A stretch of 33,111 nucleotides of DNA from Macrostomum lignano (GCA_002269645.1 NIVC01004857.1:1-33111); one strand, 5' to 3'; numbered from the stretch's first letter, positions 20,201-33,080 are shown. The notes: generated from the letters alone by a model not told the origin. Numbers and translations: made by a program.

Positions 20201-23200
20201 ATTCTGTGCCAAGACTCGCTAATCCCTCTACTGCACGCACACACGGCCCCGCAGCACGCACTCACAGACGAGCTTTGCACGGGGAGAGGCCATTAACTTA
20301 CCCAAACTTCCCTATGCTTTGCCACCCCGGGAGAAAGGCTTAGCAAGCCATGAGTGAAATGATGGTGAAAGAGTGAATAATGATGAGGTTAGTTAATAGT
20401 TAATAATTAGGCCCTTAGGCAAATAACCAGGCAATTAGGCGGCTTCACTATTGAGTAAAAATACAGCAAAAGGTACGGTATCACAACTGGCTCAGCCCTC
20501 TAATCAGACAATGGAAAATAGGCAAACCCCGGATAAGCAAAGGCAATTAGAGCACAAATCAGTAACAGGAACTTACCGGCAGCTGCACAGAGAGAGAGAG
20601 AGAGAGAGAGACGGAGTGACCGAGGGTGGCTGTAGGCTGCAGTCAGGCGGACAGTGAAGCGGCGATGCGCTGAAGCGACGAGGCGCTGGTGTAGATCAGG
20701 CGAAGCTGATGATGCTGGGCGGTGTCAGACCGCTGGCCAATAGGCGAGCTCACTTGGGGAGCTGAAGATAACTTGGCGGTATCAGACCGCAGACCGGCAG
20801 GGATTCGTCTTATAGACGAATGGGTCAGAACTCAGTCTGACGGCAAGTCTAAAGAAAGACTAGGAGCCCGAAGGTGGGCAAAAGTTGAGTCTTCTCATGC
20901 CGAAAACCGCCTCCTTTTATAGCCTTCCCAGCCGCCGCTCCAAGGTCGTTTCCATGGCTCCCTCTCTCTGATTGGCTGCCGGCCGAATGACGTCAGAATG
21001 AGTCATGATGAGAAACATGAGACCGGCATAGCAACATGAGAAATAGGGAAATTGCGCAATCCGGAGGTGGGGTGGGGGGATAATTGGCGCAGCGGGTGGT
21101 CGCGAAAGTGTTGCGCAAGCAAACATTGAGAACAATAGGGCTGGGGTCGAGAACAAAGGAATTGGAAATCGGGGATAATTGGGGAGAATCGAGAACAATA
21201 GAAAAGCAAACATTGGAGAAAAGGTGATAATTAGGTGCGAAAACGAGAACAAAAGAAAGAGAAAATCGGAGAAAATGTGATGATTGGTGGGGGTAAAGAG
21301 AACAAAAGAATCAAAAACGAGAACAATAGAAGCGGAGGTGGGGTGGGTGTCGCATGAGAAATTTGGGGAGGAAAACAATAGCATGAGAAAAGGTTGCGCA
21401 AGAGAGGGGATGAGTCATCGATGAGTCATCGAGGGGAAGAAGGGGTCACACGACTTGCGTCACCGTTTGGGAGTTTGGGAAGGGATGGGAGGTCGATGAG
21501 CACACAAAATACTGTAAGTAGACGCAGAGAAAGAGGGGACAGAGCAGGAAAATAGTGCAGAGAGAGACAAAGAGAGGGGGGATGGGGAAAGTACAAGAAG
21601 ACTAGGGTGGAGCGCAGGGGAGATAAGGTAGAGGGGGGAGGTACAGAGAGGGATAGGGAGCTCCGGAAAGGCAGGTGTGGCGGCAGGGGAGACGGAGTCA
21701 AGGCAGCAGGAGGGTGCAGCAGAGCGGGAGTCTCCAGGCCTGGCCGGAGACCTAACCGAGTCTCGACAGCTCTGCGCAGGGGAGGTGCACGGGATAGGAG
21801 GCACCTTCGAAAAAGTTCCCATGCCCTATCCCGCGACCAGAGCGTGGTTACATCAAACCAATGAGATATAGTCAAGTCAGTTGGCACGAGACGGGCAGGT
21901 TCGAGCCTGGCCAATCCAAACCAAGAAAGTTCGACAGAGAGAGAGTTGGAGCGCGCTAACCCGGCGAGACAAGCCATGCACAGCCGCCCTTGTATCCGAA
22001 TCCCGAACAGATAGGTAGCGAAACACCGAGTTGTCCTTCCAGTCACCCAGCTTCTTGATGATCATCAGCAGTGGAACACCGAGCTGCATGGCTGCTGTAG
22101 CGCCGCGCCGCCGCAGCCTGTGGCTAGTGAACTCACGTGGTGACAAACCCGCCGATGTGTACAGAGTGCGAAGCCGGCCATCAAACCTGCTAGCCGTCAG
22201 AGGCAAACATCCCGTTGCCGACCACGTGGAGAACAGGTGAACCGGACGCGGCGCCTGGCCGATTCGGTTTGTCCGTAGCTGCCGCTCGAGCGCACGGAAC
22301 GGGCACAGGACACCCAAGCTCCCATCAGGCAGTTTCGGAAGAAACACTCGCTGAACTCGGTCGCCAAACTGGTTGGTCTTTGAATGCCGTACGGTGAGCT
22401 CACAGTCGCACTTTGAAAAGACGATGTTTGATGCCGCCAGGTTGCACCACAGATCTAGCCGCTCCGATTGCATCCGATCACATTCGCTTTCCGCAGCATA
22501 CCCCACCAGGCTGCCAGAACAGCTGCCCAGAACGCGATGTCACTCTTCTTTCGTTGGTCCAGGTGGGCGTTCAGCTTGAGGAGATCTGCGATTCTGAGGG
22601 GCTCCCTTGAGCACTGCTACCGACTGAGACATCAGCGAAGACCACAGACCACAACGCACCAGCTTAACCATCGGCGACTCACACGGGTCCGGCCGACCGA
22701 GGGCTCTGAAGTACAGCGAGACCGCGTTAGCGTACGCCTGGCAACTCCGAAAGACTGACAGCCGGGTGACAACTCGGCCACTTACACGGCCACGTGCACC
22801 GGCTGCGCGCGCACCGGTGTCAAGTGCTAGGAGTTGCAAAAACACAGCCAGGACGCGAGCTGCGACCGGTAACTCCGCTTTGTGTGGGGCCAGCAGGGCC
22901 GAACGGAGACAGCAGGGCAGAAAGCATGGCTGGCGATTTCATTAAAACAGCAGTTTACAGTGCCATACACTCAAAATAAAAATCGCGCATCTTGCCTACC
23001 GCGTGCAGCCGAGAGCACGGGTCCGCAAAAACGAGGCACCAGCCAGGCATATGAAAAGTGCGCACCTCAACCCCACGCCTAACAGCAATGAGCATGGCAG
23101 TCTGGAACAGCGGCTGCAACTCAGGCTGCCGGCAGCAACCTCTGTTATCATACCAACAGCCGCGACTACGACCGTAGTAGACCACGACCGAACCGTCATT

Positions 23201-26200
23201 TAAAAAGACACTCCAGCGAACCATAGCCAATAGCGGAACAATAGCGTCTTTGTACGTGATATGCTTGTCTTTAAACTTTCCTCCAGCATCCAGATCCCAA
23301 TTGACATACAGCCAATCCATCATTCCGCTACCATTGCGCAAAATGGCACCACCACCAGCACTGCTGGCATCGGTTTCGATGATCCAGCCGTTTGTGCGAC
23401 TTCTCCAAAGCTGAAAATCAGGCAGCTTCAGAAGGGCACCGCGCCACCAGAGTAAAATACGCACAGTGTCAGCGGACACTCGTACTTTGTGATGTGGCTT
23501 TTCCAGGGCATTAGGCAAGTCGAACAGGGGCCTGAGGAAGCAACTCCCAGCGTGCACCACTTGGACGACCCAGCTGAGCTTGCCACAAAGCGACGAAAGC
23601 TGGCGTTTCGAGAGACGCCTGCTCTGCGAGAAATTAAGCAGTGTGGTGCGCATTTCCTCACACTTTCCCGCCGGCACACTAAGAACTCCACGGACAGTAT
23701 CAATCTTCACACCGAGATACACCAAGCATTGCGTAGGTTCAACCACTTTGTTCCAATTGACACCAAAACCCAACTGGCGAACCAACTTCATCAGTTCTTT
23801 CAGGGCATCCATACACTCCTCCTCGCTCTCGGCCGCAACCAGAAAATCATCCAGGTAGACCGAACTATTGGCCACACCGGTCGCACCATCATCCTCTTGA
23901 CCGCTTGAGTAAGCCGGTAGAAAATCTCGACCGAGGCGCAGCTACCAAAGGGTAGCCGGGTGTCGATTAGCCATGTCAGATCACGGTTGCCTTTAAAGCG
24001 CTAACCAATGCCAGTCGCCTGGTAATCATCCGGATGAATCGCCACACTTCTGTAAGCTTGCGACAAATCAAGCTTTGCCATGAACCAGCCCTTGCCGATA
24101 GAGGCTGCAGCCTTCTTGACGGACTCAAACTTAGGGCTCAGCTTCCTCGTATAAGTGTCTTTTACCGAGTAGCCCGGAGGCGTGCTGCAGTCATGAATAA
24201 GTCGAACCTTCCTGTTATCCTTGGGAATAGCTCCCAGAGGGCTGACCATCGTCGGCTTCTCAGGCACCACCACGTATCTGCCATTCTCAGTCTCTTCCTT
24301 AATTTGCAGCTTCGCAGAGTTCAGTTCTTGTCGAATGGTTCGCCTCATGGTGGGCCTCAAAACAGATACGGCAAACATGTCGGAATTTGCAGCTTGAAGT
24401 GCAAGTAGATCTCTAGCCCGTCTGCCGTTCTGAGGCTCTTGGGGTCTATTGGTTTTGAAAACGCTGCTGCCATGGCTGGGGCAATGACTTGCTGACTCCA
24501 TGGTTTGCTCGAGTTTCAGTTCTGATTAAGTGCTTAGCAACGAGTTGGAAAGACTCCTTGCCCCAGCACATACCAGTTTCAGCTTGCCTAGTGCGTTAGT
24601 CCTCTTCAAAACGGTTCACCTGAGCAAGGCCGAAGCCCGCGTCAAACAGCTCGCCTATCTGTATTGAGTAGCGTAGGTGATTCATCAAATCAGTCGTGTC
24701 GGCAATTCCATTCCTATTAGTCACCAGGGCACCATCCTTGATCATTTGCATCATCAGCCTGCCATTGCCTACCAAATACTGCGCTGCTGTGATGCTATTA
24801 TGTTTTCTGCTCTTGTAAGTGATTCGGCCACCAAAATCATTAGCCAGCACCTCTTTCTGCTCAAAGCCGTCAAGGAAATCACGAATCAGGAGAGCCTTAC
24901 GCCTGCCCGAACACTCCATCCGTTCATTAGCCCTGTTCCGTGACAACAATCTACCAAGCAGCTCATTGCCATTATCTTCCTGGTCTAATCCAGCATCATC
25001 CCACACTTCAGGAAAGCAACTGGGGGCAGCAGGCTTGGCACACTCACCGCGATTCATAGGATGGACACTCGCGTTGCAGATCTCCGATCTCCCTCTTGAG
25101 TTTAGCGGCTTCCTTGTGTAGCTGCAACAGTCTGATCTCCTCTTCCACCTTCGCGATGTCCTCGTCCAGGCCCGCCGCCGACTCCCGAGCCGCCTCCGTA
25201 CTGATGTTGTCGTCTGCATCGGCTTCTTGCTCATATTGCTCCATGTTCTGCAATAGCGAGTCTGTTCACGACTGGTCTGGGGCCGCGAGCAAGGCGCTGA
25301 CAAGGTCGGCCTTATTGCCCCGACTGCTTACATTAGCGTGGGCACACAAGGCTTGCAGAGCCACCTTGCTCAGGTGCATGAGTTTCACGCGGTCCGCCAT
25401 TGCAAAAAGAATCGATACGCACTTGGCAGGCCATAGGCAGCCCGCCCCACATTAAATAAAGGCACATAAACCGGGGGCACGGGACCAAAGGCCCGGCCCA
25501 CCACCCCCCTGCACCAACGCACAAGAGCCACCCCCACTGGTTTAACACCCAACCAAGCTACGCCCGGCCGGACCAGTTATTATTTAAGCTCAATCATCCC
25601 TCTTATTTGCAAAAAAGTTGCTGTGCAAACATCTGCTGTGCAGAAGTCTGGCCCAGCCAAATTAACCAATAAATCCGCCTTAATTCGATAACTGAAAAGC
25701 TTATTGATCGAACTTGATGAACTCCATTCCCCTTTTTAATACGCTCACAGACCCGCCATCAAGCGCATCAATTTCTGTACTCAATCTGCCAACCTGCGAG
25801 AGCTCATCCGACGTATTGGTACAGTTCGCATCGTCTGCATCTCTACCAGTGCCCGAGCACAGATGCGGCGCTGTTGGTGGCGGATTGGAAGTGCGAAACC
25901 TCACGCAGCTGTCATTTGTAAATTGCTTGCATTTTGCACTTTCACACTATGAGTGACTATGCGCTGACATGCTGACCAGCGAGCTTCATCAATTCCAGAG
26001 CTCGAGTGGAGACGGTTGGGTCAGCACGTGGGCACTGGCGATCGGGGGGAAGCTGAGCTCAGAGTGGCTTGTGGGCCTCGTCGAGTGCAGCGCAGTGCAG
26101 AATCTGCCGCCGGAGATCCGGTTCAAGGCCGAGCACAGGGCCTCAGCTTGCTACAGCTGCGGCAATCACAAAGGTCTCATCAAACGTGATGTGAAGTCCT

Positions 26201-26608
26201 TACACATGTACATTTCACAGTTCCTGTACGGATTTCTAACAGCAACTGCTCTGCTAAGTGTGCTCTTGCTTGTCTTGGGCTCGGTGAGTAACCCCTCTCT
26301 CTACATTATATTTTCCGTCTCTGTGCTCTAAGCTGCCGTGTTGCATCTGCTAACTTCAGTTTGCAGTCATCAAATTCAGAGAAAAGAAGTCGTGGACAAA
26401 ACAAACTATTCCAATGGTAAGCTTTGATTTTCTCAATCTGTACAGTCGACTCAAACTGTGACAGCTAAAGTTCGAACTCTTTTCGCTTTAGTCTGATCGA
26501 TCCGAGACGCCCGGATCTGGAGCACCGGTTGCTACCGTTTCTGCTGTCATGGAGTATGAGAACTCTGGTTACAACCTGGAGGATGCTACTGGTGTCTACG
26601 TGACCTGA
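17211..26608 (+). CDS. Gene C: SP-FTP-Ig-Ig-proximal module-TM-Tyr tail receptor
   Basis: Exons 17211-17280 ([23 protein letters not shown]), 17362-17598, 18251-18468, 18550-18652 (lectin), 18879-19115, 19196-19432 (Ig-like), 25751-25917, 25999-26283 (TM), 26360-26416 and 26492-26608. The sum is 1728 nt = 575 aa + stop with no internal stops. Intron 19433-25750 (6.3 kb) contains transposons. Confidence 0.8.
17650..18074 (-). mobile_element. 5'-truncated LINE (CCHC end) in intron 2 of gene C, with a 10-bp TSD
   Basis: Minus-strand frames give [10 protein letters not shown] and [18 protein letters not shown], with a short caagtaag tail. The TSD ctagttggtt lies at 17640-17649 and 18075-18084. 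Confidence 0.88.
19637..21855 (-). mobile_element. Probable solo LTR (2219 bp) with TG...CA ends and a 4-bp TSD
   Basis: Perfect 10-bp terminal inverted repeat TGATGTAACC...GGTTACATCA, with AACC on both flanks. It has no credible ORF and carries an internal minus-strand CCAAT/TATA promoter. A short-TIR non-autonomous DNA element is not excluded. Confidence 0.7.
20913..21430 (-). promoter_or_regulatory. LTR-borne promoter/enhancer: TATA, CCAAT, CRE, 3x AP-1, 3x C/EBP-type palindromes
   Basis: Minus-strand TATAAAA (20921-20915) and AGCCAATCAG (20977-20968); TGACGTCA 20988-20995; TGAGTCA at 20999, 21411 and 21422; TTGCGCAA at 21052, 21111 and ~21394. Motif matches only. Confidence 0.55.
21877..22900 (-). 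pseudogene. Tyrosine recombinase of the DIRS/Ngaro element (fragmented)
   Basis: [27 protein letters not shown] (H-x-x-R), [13 protein letters not shown] (catalytic Tyr region). An N-terminal piece [14 protein letters not shown] lies in another frame. Confidence 0.9.
22955..24400 (-). pseudogene. RT/RNase H of the DIRS/Ngaro element
   Basis: [38 protein letters not shown] and IETDAS (DIRS-type RNase H). Stop at 24001-24003 and a frameshift near 23880. Confidence 0.92.
24330..25400 (-). pseudogene. Gag-like ORF1 of the DIRS/Ngaro element with a SAP-like N-terminus, coiled coil and Cys/His finger
   Basis: ATG at 25400 gives [38 protein letters not shown], then the coiled coil [31 protein letters not shown], then ALLIRDFL, and C-terminal [18 protein letters not shown]. 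It contains an in-frame stop at ~25267 and frameshifts. Confidence 0.75.
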
Positions 26609-26629
26609 GGGTTTTCAGGCTGTCAAAGT

Positions 26630-29600
26630 GATCCTGATCCTGATCCTGATCCCGATCCTGATCCTGATCTTGATCTTGATCTTGATCCTGATCCTGATCC
26701 TGATCCTGATCCCGAACCTGATCCTGATCCTGATCATGATCCTGATCCTGATCCTGATCCTGATCCTGATCCTGATCCCGATCCTGATCCTGATCTTGAT
26801 CTTGATCTTGATCCTGATCCTGATCCTGATCCTGATCCCGAACCTGATCCTGATCCTATCATGATCCTGATCCTGATCCTGATCCTGATCCTGATCCCGA
26901 TCCTGATCCTGATCCTGATCTTGATCCTGATGCTGATCCTGTCCTGATCCTGATCCCGATCCTGATCCTGATCTTGATCTTGATCTTGATCCTGATCCTG
27001 GATCCTGATCCTGGATCCTGATCCTGATCCTGATCCCGATCCTGATCCTGATCCTGATCCTGATTCTGATCCCGAACCTGATCCTGATCCTGATCCTGAT
27101 CCTGATCCCGAACCTGATCCTGATCCTGATCATGATCCTGATCCTGATCCTGATCCTGATCCTGATCCCGATCCTGATCCTGATCCTGATCTTGATCCTG
27201 ATGCTGATCCTGTCCTGATCCTGATCCTGATCCTGATCTTGATCTTGATCTTGATCTGATCCTGATCCCGATCCTGATCCTGATCCTGATCCTGATCCTG
27301 ATCCCGATCCTGATCCTGATCCTGATCCTGATTCTGATCCCGAACCTGATCCTGATCCTGATCCTGATCCTGATCCCGAACCTGATCCTGATCCTGATCT
27401 TGATCCTAATCCTGATCCTGATCCTGATTCTGATCCCGAACCTGATCCTGATCCTGATCCTGATCCTGATCCCGAACCTGATCCTGATCCTGATCTTGAT
27501 CCTAATCCTGATCCTGATCCTGATCCTGATCCCGAACCTGATCCTGATCCTGATCCTGATCCTGATCTGATCCTGATCCTGATCTGATCCTAATCCTGAT
27601 CCTGATCCTGATCCTGATCCTGATCCTGATCCTGATCCTGATCCTGATCCTGATCCTGATCCTGATGCTGATCCTGTCCTGATCCTGATCCTGATCCTGA
27701 TCTGATCCTGATCCTGATCCTGATCCTGATCCTGATCCCGAACCTGATCCTGATCCTGATCTTGATCCTGATCCCGATCCTGATCTTGATCTTGATCTTG
27801 ATCCTGATCCTGATCCTGATCCTGATCCTGATCCTGATCTTGATCTTGATCTTGATCCTGATCCTGATCCTGATCCTGATCCTGATCCCGATCCTGATCT
27901 TGATCCTGATACTGGTCCTGATCCTGATTCTGATCCTGATCCTGATGCTTATCCTGATCCTGATCCTGATACTGGTCCTGATCCTGATTCTGATCCTGAT
28001 CCTGATGCTTATCCTGATCCTGATCCTGATCCTGATCCCGATCCTGATCCTGATCCTGATCTTGATCCTGATCCTGATCCTTATCCTGATCCTGTCCCGA
28101 TCCTGTCCCAATCCTGTCCTGATCCTGATCGTGTCCTGATCCTGATCCTCATTCTGATCCCGAACCTGATCCTGATCCTGATCCTGATCCTGATCCCGAA
28201 CCTGATCCTGATCCTGATCTTGATCCTGATCCCGATCCTGATCCTGATCTTGATCTTGATCCTGATCCTGATCCTGATCCCGATCCTGATCCTGATCCTG
28301 ATCCTGATCCTGATTTTGATCCTGATGCTGATGCTGATCTTGATCCTGATCCCGATCCTGATCTTGATCTTGATCTTGATCCTGATCCTGATCCTGATCC
28401 TGATCCTGATCCTGATCTTGATCTTGATCTTGATCCTGATCCTGATCCTGATCCTGATCCTGATCCCGATCCTGATCCTGATCCCGATCCTGATCCTGAT
28501 CTTGATCTGGATCTTGATCCTGATCCTGGATCCTGATCCTGGATCCTGATCCTGATCCTGATCCCGATCCTGATCCTGATCCTGATCCTGATCCTGATCC
28601 TGATCCTGATCCTGATCCCGATCCTGATCCTGATCCTGATCTTGATCCTGATCCTGATCCTTATCCTGATCCTGTCCCGATCCTGTCCCAATCCTGTCCT
28701 GATCCTGATCGTGTCCTGATCCTGATCCTCATTCTGATCCCGAACCTGATCCTGATCCTGATCCTGATCCTGATCCCGAACCTGATCCTGATCCTGATCT
28801 TGATCCTGATCCCGATCCTGATCCTGATCTTGATCTTGATCCTGATCCTGATCCTGATCCCGATCCTGATCCTGATCCTGATCCTGATCCTGATTTTGAT
28901 CCTGATGCTGATCCTGTCCTGATCCTGATCCTGATCCTGATCTTGATCCCGCTCCCGATCCTGATCCTGATCTTGATCTTGATCCTGATCCTGATCCTGA
29001 TTTTGATCCTGATGCTGATCCTGTCCTGATCCTGATCCTGATCCTGATCCTGATCCCGCTCCCGATCCTGATCCTGATCTTGATCTTGATCCTGATGCTG
29101 ATCCTGTCCTGATCCTGTCCTGATCCTGATCCTGATCCTGATCCTGATCTTGTTCCTGATTCTGATCCTGATCCTGATCCTGATCCTGATCCTGATCCTG
29201 ATCCTGATCCTGATCCTGATTTTGATCCTGATCCTGATCCTGTCCTGATCCTGATCCTGATTCTGATCCTGATTTTGATCCTGATGCTGATCCTGTCCTG
29301 ATCCTGATCCTGATCCTGATCCTGATCCTGATCTTGTTCCTGATTCTGATCCTGATCCTGATCCTGATTCTGATCGTGTCCTGATCCTGATCCTGATCCT
29401 GATCCTGGTCCTGATCCTGTCCTGATCCTGATCCTGATCCCGCTCCCGATCCTGATCCTGATCCCGCTCATGATCCTGATCCCGCTCATGATCCTGATCC
29501 CGCTCATGATCCTGATCCCGATCCTGATCCTGATCCTGATCCTGATTCTGATCCCGAACCTGATCCTGATCCTGATCCTGATCCTGATCCCGAACCTGAT

Positions 29601-32204
29601 CCTGATCCTGATCTTGATCCTAATCCTGATCCTGATCCTGATTCTGATCCCGAACCTGATCCTGATCCTGATCCTGATCCTGATCCCGAACCTGATCCTG
29701 ATCCTGATCTTGATCCTAATCCTGATCCTGATCCTGATCCTGATCCTGATCCTGATCCTGATCCTGATCCTGATCTTGATCCTGATGCTGATCCTGTCCT
29801 GATCCTGATCCTGATCCTGATCTTGATCCTGATCCTGATCCTGATCCTGATCCTGTCCCGATCCTGTCCCAATCCTGTCCTGATCCTGATCGTGTCCTGA
29901 TCCTGATCCTGATTCTGATCCCGAACCTGATCCTGATCCTGATCTTGATCCTGATCCCGATCCTGATCTTGATCTTGATCTTGATCCTGATCCTGATCCT
30001 GATCCTGATCCTGATCCTGATCCCGATCCTGATCCTGATCTTGATCTTGATCCTGATCCTGATCCTGATCCCGATCCTGATCCTGATCTTGATCTTGATC
30101 CTGATCCTGATCCTGATCCTGATCCTGATCCCGATCCTGATCTTGATCCTGATACTGGTCCTGATCCTGATACTGGTCCTGATCCTGATTCTGATCCTGA
30201 TCCTGATGCTTATCCTGATCCTGATCCTGATACTGGTCCTGATCCTGATTCTGATCCTGATCCTGATGCTTATCCTGATCCTGATCCTGATCCTGATCCT
30301 GATCCCGATCCTGATCCTGATCTTGATCCTGATCCTGCTCCCGATCCTGATCCTGATCCTGATCCTGATCCTGATCCTGATCCTGATCCTGATCCCGATC
30401 CTGATCCTGATCCTGATCTTGATCCTGATCCTGATCCTGATCCTGTCCCGATCCTGTCCCAATCCTGTCCTGATCCTGATCGTGTCCTGATCCTGATCCT
30501 CATTCTGATCCCGAACCTGATCCTGATCCTCATTCTGATCCCGAACCTGATCCTGATCCTGATCCTGATCCTGATCCGAACCTGATCCTGATCCTGATCT
30601 TGATCCTGATCCCGATCCTGATCCTGATCTTGATCTTGATCCTGATCCTGATCCAGATCCCGATCCTGATCCTGATCCTGATCCTGATCCTGATTTTGAT
30701 CCTGATGCTGATCCTGTCCTGATCCTGATCCTGATCCTGATCTTGATCCCGCTCCCGATCCTGATCCTGATCTTGATCTTGATCCTGATCCTGATCCTGA
30801 TTTTGATCCTGATGCTGATCCTGTCCTGATCCTGATCCTGATCCTGATCCTGATCCCGCTCCCGATCCTGATCCTGATCTTGATCTTGATCCTGATGCTG
30901 ATCCTGTCCTGATCTTGTTCCTGATTCTGATCCTGATCCTGATCCTGATCCTGATCGTGTCCTGATCCTGATCTTGATCCTGATCCTGATCCTGATCCTG
31001 ATTTTGATCCTGATCCTGATCCTGTCCTGATCCTGATCCTGATTCTGATCCTGATTTTGATCCTGATGCTGATCCTGTCCTGATCCTGATCCTGATCCTG
31101 ATCCTGATCCTGATCTTGTTCCTGATTCTGATCCTGATCCTGATCCTGATTCTGATCGTGTCCTGATCCTGATCCTGATCCTGATCCTGGTCCTGATCCT
31201 GTCCTGATCCTGATCCTGATCCCGCTCCCGATCCTGATCCTGATCCCGCTCATGATCCTGATCCCGCTCATGATCCTGATCCCGCTCATGATCCTGATCC
31301 CGCTCATGATCCTGGTCCTGATCCTGTCCTGATCCTGATCCTGATCTTGATCCTGATGCTGATCCTGTCCTGATCCTGATCCCGATCCTGATCCTGATCT
31401 TGATCTTGATCTTGATCCTGATCCTGGATCCTGATCCTGGATCCTGATCCTGATCCTGATCCCGATCCTGATCCTGATCCTGATCCTGATTCTGATCCCG
31501 AACCTGATCCTGATCCTGATCCTGATCCTGATCCCGAACCTGATCCTGATCCTGATCTTGATCCTAATCCTGATCCTGATCCTGATCCTGATCCTGATCC
31601 TGATCGTGTCCTGATCCTGATCCTGATCCTGATCCTGATCCTGATCCTGATCCTGATTTTGATCCTGATCCTGATCCTGTCCTGATCCTGATCCTGATTC
31701 TGATCCTGATTTTGATCCTGATGCTGATCCTGTCTTGATCCTGATCCTGATCTTGTTCCTGATTCTGATCCTGATCCTGATCCTGATTCTGATCGTGTCC
31801 TGATCCTGATCCTGATCCTGATCTTGATCTTGATCCTGATCCTGATCCTGATCCTGATCCTGGTCCTGATCCTGGTCCTGATCCTGATCCTGATCCTGAT
31901 CCTGATTTTGATCCCGATGCTGATCTTGTCCTGATCCTGATCCTGATCCTGATCCTGATCCCGCTCCCGATCCTGATCCTGATCCCGCTCATGATCCTGA
32001 TCCCGCTTATGATCCTGATCCCGCTCACGATCCTGATCCTGATCTTGATCTTGATCCTGATGCTGATCCTGATTCTGATCCTGATCCCGCTTATGATCCT
32101 GATCCCGCTCACGATCCTGATCCTGATCTTGATCTTGATCCTGATGCTGATCCTGATTCTGATCCTGATCCTGATCCTGATCCTAATCCTGATCCTGATC
32201 CTGA
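26630..32204. repeat. (GATCCT)n hexamer satellite, ~5.6 kb with higher-order structure, starting 22 nt after the gene C stop
   Basis: Same position relative to the stop codon as the array at 13460-14865. Diagnostic variant blocks recur within it. Confidence 0.98.
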
Positions 32205-33080
32205 GCCTAATTCGATTTATTGTTCTCAGTTCATGAGGATGTGTTTATCCCAGAGCTATATTTACCGTACTCATAGGCCAATATATTTTATTTTACTGCG
32301 CTTGATACACATTAGAAATAAGGACGCAGCACTCCCGAATACTGTAAAGCAGTTTTGAAGCCGACAGTACAATTACCAATATCACCTGATCTGTTTGATA
32401 CAGAAGCAAAATTCTTTTGATAGTTTTTTCAGAATTTATTCACAATTCACCTTTTGCCAATAAACATTGTATTATATACAATAGTAATAGATAATGCAAA
32501 AAACCTATCTGTTCGAAGCTACATTACTACATCATATCTGGCCTAAAATACAAAGGCTAAACACTGAAGGTCTCTTGATGTTTTAAACATTTTTTTCATT
32601 AGACTGACTTTTCATTTGATCAAATTTATAACACCATACCAAAATTTGGGATATAAAATTTGGTAAATTTATTTTATATTAATTAATAATTAATATATTA
32701 ATCTGACGTTGCTTTTGTGATCCGGCAGCGTACTCTGTTGTTGTTGTTGTTGTTATATTATTCTATACATATTATATATATTTATTTATTAAATTTTATT
32801 TTTTTAATTACTCAACTTACTTTTTATTAACATAATACCAAATTAACAATGCAACAATGCGATTGAAGGCCATAGCAGTAGAACCGGTTTAAAAAATGCT
32901 AAAATTACATCATAACCTGCAGTACATGTAGAAAGACCACAAACTGAGGCTGTTTAAAATTAAATTCGCGTCTGTTTGTTCGAGGCAATCAAGCAAAGTT
33001 TCGAATAAAGTTCAGCTGTTCCTGTCTGTTTGAAATAATTAGTTTAATGAAGTTTCATCATTAAGCGAAGATGCCTTAAT
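32205..33080 (+). repeat. Paralogous copy of the B-C intergenic region (14866-15300 and 16115-16320)
   Basis: gcctaattcgatttattgttctcagttcatgagg... is near-identical for about 250 bp and then diverges. The blocks ctgcagtacatgta, cagctgttcctgtctgtttgaaat and aagtttcatcattaagc are shared. The RTE fragment is absent from this copy. Confidence 0.85.

Larger units (their letters stand above)
21856..25580 (-). mobile_element. Degenerate tyrosine-recombinase retrotransposon (DIRS order, probably Ngaro-like)
   Basis: Order gag-RT-RNase H-YR on the minus strand, with multiple stops and frameshifts. Terminal repeats are not identifiable, so the DIRS1 versus Ngaro assignment is uncertain. Confidence 0.92.

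Noticed and set aside
19727-21871. Assorted 60-200 aa ORFs inside the putative LTR
   Set aside because: They are low-complexity products of purine/pyrimidine strand bias with no domain motifs.
25530-25560. Possible remnant inverted terminal repeat of the YR element (cactggtttaacacccaac versus the reconstructed 3' site cattggtttaaaagcacaac)
   Set aside because: The match is too short and degenerate to define termini or to separate DIRS1 from Ngaro.
26615-32236. Poly-IL, IR, GS and DQ ORFs (also 13988-14212)
   Set aside because: They are translations of the (GATCCT)n satellite.
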